This document shows positions 12,671 through 20,284 of a stretch of 48,823 nt of DNA, piece by piece. Made by a program: the position numbers and the translations under genes. The notes under the pieces were generated by a model. The model ran no database searches. It was not told where the DNA came from and saw nothing but the letters and a program-made list of their open reading frames with translations. Positions within the stretch are counted from its first letter, which is position 1. Each line of letters opens with the position of its first letter. The DNA comes from Candidatus Nomurabacteria bacterium (lineage in GTDB: Bacteria > Patescibacteriota > Minisyncoccia > Phycocordibacterales > UBA9973): contig JACPLQ010000008.1 of the NCBI GenBank assembly GCA_016186435.1, forward strand, positions 1 to 48,823. Reading direction: 5' to 3'.

Positions 12671-12677
12671 CAAGGTG

Positions 12678-12749
12678 TGAGCGTGGATGGGATCGAACCA
12701 TCGGCCTCTGTCTTATCAGGACAGCGTTCTACCACTGAACTACACGCTC
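12678..12749 (-). tRNA. tRNA-Ile(GAT)
   Basis: Cloverleaf: GAGCGTG/CACGCTC acceptor, GTTC/GAAC D arm, CTGTC-CTGATAA-GACAG anticodon arm, GATGG-TTCGATC-CCATC T arm. CCA not encoded. Confidence 0.96.
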
Positions 12750-12789
12750 AATGTGGAAAACTATACTATAAAAAAACCTTTTGGGCAAA

Positions 12790-12819
12790 CAAAAAGACCC
12801 ACTAGAGGGCCTTTTTGTT
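12790..12819 (-). terminator. Probable intrinsic terminator of the RRM gene
   Basis: AAAAAGACCC-ACTAGA-GGGCCTTTTT hairpin flanked by A/T runs. Confidence 0.55.
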
Positions 12820-12857
12820 TTCTAGAACCTAGCTACTATAAGCTAGAACCTAATTTT

Positions 12858-13172
12858 TTAGTATTCTCGGCGTCCTCCACCGTTTCCATATCCGCCTGAT
12901 CCGCCAGAGCGCGGGGGTCGAGCTTCCATAGGGCGAGCTTCGTTGACTGTTAGTTTTCGTCCTTCGAAATCTTGGTCATTGAACATAGAGATAGCCTTCG
13001 CTGCCTCATCCTGAGATGACATTTCTACGAATCCGAAACCTTTTGAACGACCGGACATTTTGTCCATAATAATCACAGCAGAAACAACGTTTCCAGCTTG
13101 TGCGAAGAGGTCCCTAAGGGCATCTTCTTGAGTGCTGTAAGGGAGTCCCCCTACATATAGCTTTGTAGCCAT
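12858..13172 (-). CDS. RRM RNA-binding protein
   Basis: LYVGGL (RNP2), KGFGFVEM (RNP1), VNEARP and a Gly-rich tail. Start set at MATKL. Confidence 0.95.
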   Translation of the reverse strand: MATKLYVGGLPYSTQEDALRDLFAQAGNVVSAVIIMDKMSGRSKGFGFVEMSSQDEAAKAISMFNDQDFEGRKLTVNEARPMEARPPRSGGSGGYGNGGGRREY

Positions 13173-13315
13173 ACTATTTACTTCTTCCTTTTTTACTAAA
13201 AAGGACAAAAAACTAAAAATAAATCCTGCCTGAAATGAACTTCATTTGAGGCTGGCGCAGAAATCTCTTTTTCGCTAAATGAGATCTACAGGAAAATCAT
13301 AACATATTTAATAAC

Positions 13316-13717
13316 TTACGCAACCGATGGAGTTGAGGAAGTCGGTGCCATAGGCGTTCCTTTGGAATTTGGACCGTATTGGTTGTCTCCCGCCATTGAA
13401 TCAGTAGCCAGCCATACTATCAAAATAATCCATCCCACTATGGGAATAAGCCACAAGAACCACCACCATCCGCTACGATTAGTGTCATGCAGTCTCCTAA
13501 CTGTTACGGCAATGGATGGCACAATAATGGCCAATGAATAAAGTGAACTCAAAATACCATTCCCTCTTCCAACTTCTGTACCTAAAATAGAATCAATAAT
13601 AGATAATGCAATACTAATAATAAAACTAAACAATAAAAACATCCAAAACTCTCGTCTTCGCGCTCTGCCATTAAATTCCGCATACTTTTTAAAAACAACA
13701 TATTTGAATTCTTCCAT
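13316..13717 (-). CDS. DUF805 membrane protein
   Basis: FNGRARRREFW, VRRLHDTNRSGWW and NQYGPN motifs. Confidence 0.93.
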   Translation of the reverse strand: MEEFKYVVFKKYAEFNGRARRREFWMFLLFSFIISIALSIIDSILGTEVGRGNGILSSLYSLAIIVPSIAVTVRRLHDTNRSGWWWFLWLIPIVGWIILIVWLATDSMAGDNQYGPNSKGTPMAPTSSTPSVA

Positions 13718-13758
13718 ATGTATAATTTTGTTAGTAATAATAAATACGAGAAAAGTTC

Positions 13759-14025
13759 TTACTTTGAGTGTTTTTCTAATGTATCAACTCTTACTTTTAG
13801 CTTATTATGTTCTTCAAGCTTTACTCTGTTCATAGCTAGATCATCTATCCTTTTGTTGGTGCCTTCAAGCTGGTTTTTAACCCCTTTTATTTCTTCCTTA
13901 ATGCCCCCTACTTCTTTTTTAATGATGTCACCGACTTTTGTTTCAAGACTTTCAAAACCATCGGCCATCATTATAGCTAATGTATCAATTGTTATTTTTT
14001 TAGTTCTTTTGATTATTTTCTTCAT
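13759..14025 (-). CDS. Small coiled-coil hypothetical protein
   Basis: ITIDTLAIMMADGF followed by heptad repeats; directly follows a small Zn-ribbon ORF. Confidence 0.65.
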   Translation of the reverse strand: MKKIIKRTKKITIDTLAIMMADGFESLETKVGDIIKKEVGGIKEEIKGVKNQLEGTNKRIDDLAMNRVKLEEHNKLKVRVDTLEKHSK

Positions 14026-14029
14026 TTTT

Positions 14030-14188
14030 TTATTTTTCCTCTCTTACCAACTTATGTTTCCTTAAAAAATCCAGTACTGGCTTCCCGCATTTCGAACAAA
14101 AATCCTTGTCACTAAAAAAGTCGGCACCTGCTCTAACTGGATAACCCTCTACCTTCTTTTTACAAATGTCACACTTTTTAACATTCAT
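14030..14188 (-). CDS. Small Zn-ribbon protein (52 aa; not in ORF track)
   Basis: MNVKKCDICKKKVEGYPVRAGADFFSDKDFCSKCGKPVLDFLRKHKLVREEK. TGG-TATAAT lies 6 nt before the ATG. Confidence 0.7.
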   Translation of the reverse strand: MNVKKCDICKKKVEGYPVRAGADFFSDKDFCSKCGKPVLDFLRKHKLVREEK

Positions 14189-14232
14189 GGTTTTATTATA
14201 CCAAGTACTACTTTCTATGCAAAGTGGACAAT

Positions 14233-15051
14233 TTACTCTTCCTCATCCGCACCCACCGCGCCGGACTCAATATCGGAAATTATGCCGCCGATGTCCCCTT
14301 CCATAATGCGCGGCAGATTGTGCCAGGATTTTTTGATGCGATGGTCGGTGACGCGGTCCTGCGGAAAGTTGTAGGTGCGGATTTTTTCACTGCGGTCGCC
14401 GGTGCCAATCTGGCCTTTGCGAATGCCTGCATGTTTCGCCGCTTCTTTTTCTTCTTCAAGCTGTTGAAGCTTGTTTGTTAAGATTAGCATTGCTTGTTCG
14501 CGATTTGCAAGCTGGCTTCTTTCGTTGGTTGACCTCACATCTAGGCCAGTAGGCTTGTGAATAATGCGCACTGCGGTCTCCACCTTGTTTACGTTTTGCC
14601 CGCCTTTGCCGCCGGAACGTGAATACTCCATTTCAAAATCCGCCGGATTGACAACAAGATTTATTTTTTTTCTCATCGGTAGGACTGCGACCGATGCGGT
14701 AGAAGTATGCACTCGCCCATTCTTTTCCGTCGCCGGCACTCTCTGCACTCGGTGCACGCCCGTCTCATAGCGCATCAACTTGTAAACATTTTTGCTGGCC
14801 CCGCCAGAGGCGGGGCCTTTTATTTCAAAACTTGCCTCCTTGTATCCGTTCAGGTCGCTTTTGGATTCATAATTCACTTTCCACTGCCACCTTTGCGCCT
14901 CCGCATATTTTTCGTACATATGCGCAAGTTCCCATGCAAAAAGGCTGGCCTCATCGCCGCCGGCACCAGCCCGCACTTCTAAAACTATTTCATTAGAAAA
15001 TTCTTCCGTTTCTACTTTTTTTTTAGTTTTTTTCCACTCTTCCCAATCCAT
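14233..15051 (-). CDS. prfA: Peptide chain release factor 1, N-terminally shortened
   Basis: EVRAGAGGDEA, HRVQRVPATE (PxT) and GGQ motifs; 272 aa. Confidence 0.95.
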   Translation of the reverse strand: MDWEEWKKTKKKVETEEFSNEIVLEVRAGAGGDEASLFAWELAHMYEKYAEAQRWQWKVNYESKSDLNGYKEASFEIKGPASGGASKNVYKLMRYETGVHRVQRVPATEKNGRVHTSTASVAVLPMRKKINLVVNPADFEMEYSRSGGKGGQNVNKVETAVRIIHKPTGLDVRSTNERSQLANREQAMLILTNKLQQLEEEKEAAKHAGIRKGQIGTGDRSEKIRTYNFPQDRVTDHRIKKSWHNLPRIMEGDIGGIISDIESGAVGADEEE

Positions 15052-15270
15052 TTACTTTTTAGCTTTAACAGAAGCAGCTTTGCGCTTGTTGAATCTTTCC
15101 ACGCGTCCGGCAGTGTCCATTATTTTTTCATTTCCAGTATAAAAAGGATGACAATTACTGCAGATTTCCATTTTAATTTCAGGCATTGTGGAACCAACCA
15201 TAAAAACAGCTCCGCAGGCGCAGGTTGCTTTCGTATTTAGATCATATTTTGGATGCGTATCTTTTTTCAT
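15052..15270 (-). CDS. rpmE: 50S ribosomal protein L31 (Zn type)
   Basis: MKKDTHPKY, CACG, CSNCHPFYTG and GRVERF motifs. Confidence 0.97.
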   Translation of the reverse strand: MKKDTHPKYDLNTKATCACGAVFMVGSTMPEIKMEICSNCHPFYTGNEKIMDTAGRVERFNKRKAASVKAKK

Positions 15271-15277
15271 AAAATTT

Positions 15278-15317
15278 AAGGACTGTCCTTGGAGAAACTC
15301 TCTTAAGGACTGTCCTT
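15278..15317. repeat. Two copies of the AAGGACTGTCCTT mini-palindrome
   Basis: Copies at 15278-15290 and 15305-15317; the core recurs at 43470-43480. Confidence 0.75.
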
Positions 15318-15334
15318 GTAAAGGTATCACGATT

Positions 15335-16708
15335 TTATTGAGAAAGCAAATCTATGTTCGCCTGAATGCCGGTTTTTAATTTCATTACACTATTACTATA
15401 TGAACAACTGGCGCCACCCGTGCCATAGTATTTACAAGCTGCTTTATTTTGAGCTGCTACACTGGTTCCTATTGCGCCAAGGTCTGTCAGGTACATTGAT
15501 GATGCCATAAAAGCATCTCGAGGAGCCCAAGGATTCGCATCTTTGCCGAGCAAAGTTTTTAAGCGACTCTCAAGCAAAGTCCAAGTTGTCGGTATAAATT
15601 GCGCCGGACCCATAGCTCCTCCGTAACCCGCCACTCCGGCAATAGGACAAGACACCGCGGTCTGATTCCATGCCAAGCCAAGCTTAGAGGTAATTCTTAA
15701 GAAATCTTCAACGTCTCCTTTTCGGCCAGTCAGACCCATCGGCTTCATTACATTTGAAAATGCTGTTCCGGTATTTTTCCCCACCCCCGCTCCAGTGGTT
15801 TGATTTGTCAGATAACACTGTCCTACATTGGAACCCAGATTACTCTCCTGCGTTAATATGGCAAGAAGAAATGCGGGCTCTATCCCTGTCAATTTTTGCG
15901 CATCGTCTGCATAAAGAAGCGCAGTGCCAAAATCTATCTTTGTAGAAATACCGGCAAGAGGGAAAAGCGCCGCGCGAATTCTGTCGGCCCGCGCTTTCTT
16001 TTCGGCTGCCAGTTTTTGATAAGCCGCTTCTGTATCTTGGCTGATAGATAAAAGCTGTTTCTTCTCTGCTTCGGCAGCTGCCGTTTTATTCTGCGCGGAC
16101 TCTAGCTCTGCTTTTGCGTCTGTTTCCGCATCCTGTTTTTTTTCAAGATCCTGCTTGGCGCTTTCCGTCTGTGTTTTCACTCCCCTTAACACATCCACAG
16201 AATCTTTTACCGCCTGCTTGATAGAAGCGTAAGATTCCACATCGCTGTAAAAATTGGAAACACTTTCATCTGAAAGAATGAGGTGCACCATATTTTCGTT
16301 ATCAAATTCGTTTGTATTTCGCAAAAGCTGCGCGAGCGACTGATGCTCCTTTTTTATTTTTTGAGAAAGAGAATTTATGGCGCTTGCTTTCTCCGCAATA
16401 TCCACTTTTAATTTTGCTATAACCAAAGCTCTGGCTTTTACTTTTGTCTTTAGGGCATTTATCTGGCTGGTAAGATAATTCACATCGCCTTTTAGGGTGC
16501 CTGTCTGTTTTTGCTGTTCTTTCTGTTTTATCAGAAGCTCTGCGAGCTGTGCTTCTATCTGGCTAAGTTCTTTTTTGCAATAACTCTTGTCAGCTTCGCT
16601 AGACGATGAAGTAAGGGTTAAACAGTCAAAAGCAGCCTTTACTTTGAGGGCATTTGGCATTAAAAATATTGAAGTAATCAAAATAAAAACTATGGTTTTC
16701 TTTCCCAT
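15335..16708 (-). CDS. Secreted coiled-coil lytic transglycosylase
   Basis: Signal peptide, long coiled coil, QESNLG catalytic Glu, and GAMGPAQFIPTTW. Start set at MGKKT. Confidence 0.85.
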   Translation of the reverse strand: MGKKTIVFILITSIFLMPNALKVKAAFDCLTLTSSSSEADKSYCKKELSQIEAQLAELLIKQKEQQKQTGTLKGDVNYLTSQINALKTKVKARALVIAKLKVDIAEKASAINSLSQKIKKEHQSLAQLLRNTNEFDNENMVHLILSDESVSNFYSDVESYASIKQAVKDSVDVLRGVKTQTESAKQDLEKKQDAETDAKAELESAQNKTAAAEAEKKQLLSISQDTEAAYQKLAAEKKARADRIRAALFPLAGISTKIDFGTALLYADDAQKLTGIEPAFLLAILTQESNLGSNVGQCYLTNQTTGAGVGKNTGTAFSNVMKPMGLTGRKGDVEDFLRITSKLGLAWNQTAVSCPIAGVAGYGGAMGPAQFIPTTWTLLESRLKTLLGKDANPWAPRDAFMASSMYLTDLGAIGTSVAAQNKAACKYYGTGGASCSYSNSVMKLKTGIQANIDLLSQ

Positions 16709-16726
16709 AGTTTTTATTGTAGCATA

Positions 16727-16746
16727 CCTGCCTGCCGGTAGGCTGG
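16727..16746. repeat. CCTGCC-family imperfect palindrome
   Basis: CCTGCCTGCC|GGTAGGCTGG; related to the nested insert in priA (674-695). Confidence 0.6.
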
Positions 16747-16763
16747 TTTTGGGAGTTTTTATT

Positions 16764-17444
16764 CTACTTCTTTTCAGACTTTTCTTCTTTAACAGGAACA
16801 GCAGCTTCAGCGCCGGCTTCGCCTTCTTCTTCTTTCTTGCCCTTCTTTTCCACTTCAATAGCAGATAGATCCACCGGAGCGACTTCTTCCTCTTTCTCTT
16901 CCACTTGAGCGATTATAGAAGCAACGACATCAGTACCGGCCGTAATAGCGACTACTCCGGCGGGTAATTTTATGTTTGAAACAATTATAGAGTCTTCAAG
17001 CGCATTAAGTGATGAAATATCCACTGTCAAATCATGAGGCAAATCAGCGGGTAAAGCTTCCACTTCTATTTCGTGAAGCACTTTCACCAAGTTGCCAATT
17101 CCACTTTTGACCGCGCCGGCTATTCCCTCAAAGACAAGAGGTACTTTCACATGTATCTTCTTCTTCATGTCTATAGCAAGAAAGTCCGCATGTATCGGCT
17201 CGCTGGTTACAGGGTCTACCTGCACTTCATGGATAAGCGCGTCTACGGTACCTTCAGGCATTTCAATTTTTACCGCAGAAGATTCTCCGGCATCTCTCCA
17301 GATCTTTTTAAATTCAACTTTTGAAAGCGCGATATGGGTAGTTTGTTTTCCAGCCCCGTAAAAAACAGCCGGGATGTCCCCTGCTTTTCGTAGAATTTCT
17401 AATTTTTGCCCTCCGACTCTGCTTTTAGCTTTTATGGCGAACAT
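16764..17444 (-). CDS. rplY: 50S ribosomal protein L25/Ctc
   Basis: IPAVFYG, EVQVDPV..IHADF, TL5-like C domain and an acidic tail. Start set at MFAIK. Confidence 0.95.
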   Translation of the reverse strand: MFAIKAKSRVGGQKLEILRKAGDIPAVFYGAGKQTTHIALSKVEFKKIWRDAGESSAVKIEMPEGTVDALIHEVQVDPVTSEPIHADFLAIDMKKKIHVKVPLVFEGIAGAVKSGIGNLVKVLHEIEVEALPADLPHDLTVDISSLNALEDSIIVSNIKLPAGVVAITAGTDVVASIIAQVEEKEEEVAPVDLSAIEVEKKGKKEEEGEAGAEAAVPVKEEKSEKK

Positions 17445-17452
17445 AAATACAG

Positions 17453-17511
17453 TATACCCCCACACCCATAAAAAGTCAAAATTTACAACGTTTAATAGGT
17501 GTGGGGGTATA
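17453..17511. mobile_element. MITE-like 59-bp element with perfect 14-bp terminal inverted repeats
   Basis: TATACCCCCACACC ... GGTGTGGGGGTATA with an AT-rich core. Confidence 0.65.
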
Positions 17512-17535
17512 TATAAAAATCTGAAAATTGCAACT

Positions 17536-19401
17536 CTATGCTTTGTGAACTGCATTATGTTCTACGGCTATATGCGAGGCTATGTACTCCTTGGTGCCTC
17601 CCCAGTTTGACGTAGGAACTTTTTTGCCGGCGTTAAAAATATTTTTTGGATCAAAAATATCTTTTATTTTTTTGAAAACTTCAAGCATTGGCGCGCTATA
17701 CATTTTGCCAAGATAAGGCGTACGAATGAGACCGTCATTGTGTTCCCCTGCAATTGAACCGTGATATTTAACCGCTAAGTCATAAACTTTTTCTCCGAGC
17801 TCCAGGATAATCTGCGCCGTGTCAGAGCGTTTAAAATCCATCAGCGGAATTATATGAAAATTCCCATCGCCGGCATGCCCTGCCAATGTGTACATCATTT
17901 TGGATTTATATTGGCTCAATATTCCATTTAGTTCCGGAATAAATTTCGGCAAAAATTCCGGACGCACGATAATGTCATCTATAAACGGAGCGGTTCGCAT
18001 GCCTTTTACATGTTTGCGCAAAAGCGCAAAGCTTTCCCTTCGGATATCCCAGTATTTATTAGCTTCTATTTCGGACTCAGTAATATGAATTTTAAGTTTG
18101 AAATCTTTTATTTTCTCTTTTAATCTCAAGCAGCTTTTTTCCAGCTCTGCTTCGTTTTCCCCTGCAAATTCAGCCAAAATAATAAGCTTGGGAAAGCCGG
18201 AAGAAAGAAGCATGAAAAATTCGGGCAAAAAACTCCACATAAATTTAATCATGCCGACCAATCCTTTATTTTTGAGAAAATCCGGGAAAAATTTTACCGC
18301 AAGCTTCATGGTCTTGTCATCATAAGTTTCCAAAGTTTCCGGATTCAAAGTTAAAATCTCATCCACTAGCCGTCCGAGCGGATTCAAGTCATTCATAAAA
18401 ATGGCGACCAGCTTGGAATGCTTATTTTCGGGAATTATTTTAAAAGTGATCTCTGTAACTATGCCGAGGGTCCCCTGCGAACCCACAAGTAATTTATTTA
18501 AGTCAAAGCTAAAATTTTCTGGCAAGGAATTTTGAGGGGGAGCAGAAGGGGAATTTTGAAGGCGGAAGGTTCCAGCCGAAGGCTGGAGTAATGCCGAAAA
18601 ATTCGCCTTCTGCTCCCCTTTCACCACATTCCAAATATAATAACCGGCAGAATTTTTGCTGACATTCGGCTTAGCATGTTTTATCTCGTCTTCGTTTTCA
18701 TTTATTAAATTAAAAATATTTTTATAAATATTTCCTTCAAAATCTCCCTGCGCCATTTTCTTTTGAAGCTCATCTTTATTCAGGGGCTTAACTTCATATT
18801 CGTTTCCGTCTGCAAACACTGCTTTTGACGACAAAACGTACTCGGAAGTCTGGCCGTATTTTAAAGTCCGCTCACCGGCAGAATTATTTCCAAACATCCC
18901 GCCCATAGCATTTATTTCTTTTGAAGCAGTAAAGCAGGGCAGAATAAGTCCTTTTTCCAGAGTTATTTTTTCAAAATCCCGATAAAACATCCCCGGCTGT
19001 ACAGATATATACGAAGACACCAATGGATAACCCCCTTGATAGTTATGCTTTTTTTTATTTTTAACTGGTAAATTATGAATTGGCACCGGTCCGCCGATAA
19101 GCTTATTCATATAGCGGGTAAAATCTAAAATTATAGACTCCCCGATTGCCCCGCCGGACATGCAAGTCCCGGCGCACCGGGCGGTGATATAAAGTCCGGC
19201 TCCATTGTTCCCAGGATGGACATACATATCTTTATTTTGGGAAACCCATTTCACTAGATTTTTTACATCTTCCGCATCTTTTGGAAATAAAACAAGTTTC
19301 GGCCGCACTTCAAGCAAGCTCGCATCATGCGAGTATTTCGTGAGCGTATCTTCGCTATCTTCCAAGTCTCCCTTAAAAAATTTTAGTATTTCTTCTTTCA
19401 A
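17536..19401 (-). CDS. FAD-binding oxidoreductase (GlcD/D-lactate dehydrogenase-like)
   Basis: YSHDAS, R.AGT..SG, GSQGTLGIVTE, GHAGDGNFH, GEHNDG and FDP..IFN.GK motifs. Confidence 0.9.
   Translation of the reverse strand: MKEEILKFFKGDLEDSEDTLTKYSHDASLLEVRPKLVLFPKDAEDVKNLVKWVSQNKDMYVHPGNNGAGLYITARCAGTCMSGGAIGESIILDFTRYMNKLIGGPVPIHNLPVKNKKKHNYQGGYPLVSSYISVQPGMFYRDFEKITLEKGLILPCFTASKEINAMGGMFGNNSAGERTLKYGQTSEYVLSSKAVFADGNEYEVKPLNKDELQKKMAQGDFEGNIYKNIFNLINENEDEIKHAKPNVSKNSAGYYIWNVVKGEQKANFSALLQPSAGTFRLQNSPSAPPQNSLPENFSFDLNKLLVGSQGTLGIVTEITFKIIPENKHSKLVAIFMNDLNPLGRLVDEILTLNPETLETYDDKTMKLAVKFFPDFLKNKGLVGMIKFMWSFLPEFFMLLSSGFPKLIILAEFAGENEAELEKSCLRLKEKIKDFKLKIHITESEIEANKYWDIRRESFALLRKHVKGMRTAPFIDDIIVRPEFLPKFIPELNGILSQYKSKMMYTLAGHAGDGNFHIIPLMDFKRSDTAQIILELGEKVYDLAVKYHGSIAGEHNDGLIRTPYLGKMYSAPMLEVFKKIKDIFDPKNIFNAGKKVPTSNWGGTKEYIASHIAVEHNAVHKA
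18537..18618. repeat. 82-bp inverted-repeat element in-frame in the oxidoreductase
   Basis: 21-bp arms matching 20/21 (GGGGAGCAGAAGG[G/C]GAATTTT) around a central TCCAGCC-GAA-GGCTGGA. Confidence 0.85.
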
Positions 19402-19408
19402 GTTATTT

Positions 19409-20275
19409 TTATCTGATGTGATTGAACAGTTTCAATCTTTCTAGCACTACTGACTCAACTGCATCTTGGGCGGGCTTGGAAACTTTGTACGGCACAACTT
19501 CATCGGGTTTATCAGCCAGAGATTTTTTTAGAGCTTCTACAAAGGCCACTCTTATTTCAGTGTTTATGTGTACAGTGGAAATTCCCATTTTTATGCCATC
19601 CGTAAAATCACTATCATGAAGGCCTGAACCGCCATGTAAAACGAGCGGTATACCGACTGCTTCCCTGATCTCTTTTACGAGATTTGGATCAATATGCGGA
19701 TTTCCGCTTCTGACAATTCCGTGAATATTACCCACAGACGGCGCAAACATATCTATACCCGTTAACTCTACAAATTTCTTTGCTTCTTCCGGCTTAGTTT
19801 TGATTCCTGCGCCTTCTGGAATACTGTCTCGGATAACCGAACCGGAACCGATAAATCCAAGTTCGCCTTCCACTAAAATGTCTCTACCAGTTGCCTTTGT
19901 AACCAAACGAGCGTAATCCACACATTCTTTGGTAACTTTTACGTTTTCGTCAAAACTCAATTCTGCTCCATCTATAATTACGCAGTCAAATCCCGCATCT
20001 ATGCAAGCTTTCACCTCTTCAAAACTATGATGATGATCGGCATTTAAAAAAATTGGATAGTTATCACGTTCGCGTATTGCGCGAACTAGAGCTACGCCCT
20101 CCTCTATGCCCACAAATTTTTCTTCTCCGCTTGAAAGCCCTATCACAATGGGTACATTTAACTTTTTTGCAGCACTGTAAATCGCGTGCAAAGCTTCCAT
20201 GTTGGAAATATTGAAATGGCCGATAGCTACTCCTTTTTCATCCGCTTCTTTTACACACTCGCGTAACGTTTTCAT
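19409..20275 (-). CDS. fba: Class II fructose-bisphosphate aldolase
   Basis: NADH, VEGELG, VGNIHG and LVLHGGSG motifs. Confidence 0.93.
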   Translation of the reverse strand: MKTLRECVKEADEKGVAIGHFNISNMEALHAIYSAAKKLNVPIVIGLSSGEEKFVGIEEGVALVRAIRERDNYPIFLNADHHHSFEEVKACIDAGFDCVIIDGAELSFDENVKVTKECVDYARLVTKATGRDILVEGELGFIGSGSVIRDSIPEGAGIKTKPEEAKKFVELTGIDMFAPSVGNIHGIVRSGNPHIDPNLVKEIREAVGIPLVLHGGSGLHDSDFTDGIKMGISTVHINTEIRVAFVEALKKSLADKPDEVVPYKVSKPAQDAVESVVLERLKLFNHIR

Positions 20276-20284
20276 AATGTTAAT

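Noticed and set aside
12821-12851. CTAGAACCTA duplication (also AGTAGTAG repeats near 48660)
   Set aside because: Short two-copy low-complexity repeats with no further support.
12890-12910. TCCGCC...TCCGCCAGAG in the RRM gene as a 30-bp element copy
   Set aside because: It has no complementary arm and is explained by Gly/Ser codons in the tail.
16709-16858. Long N-terminal extensions in the ORF track (also 7600-7656, 15271-15330, 17445-17555)
   Set aside because: They overlap neighbouring genes or repeats, and downstream ATGs fit the family N-termini and promoters.
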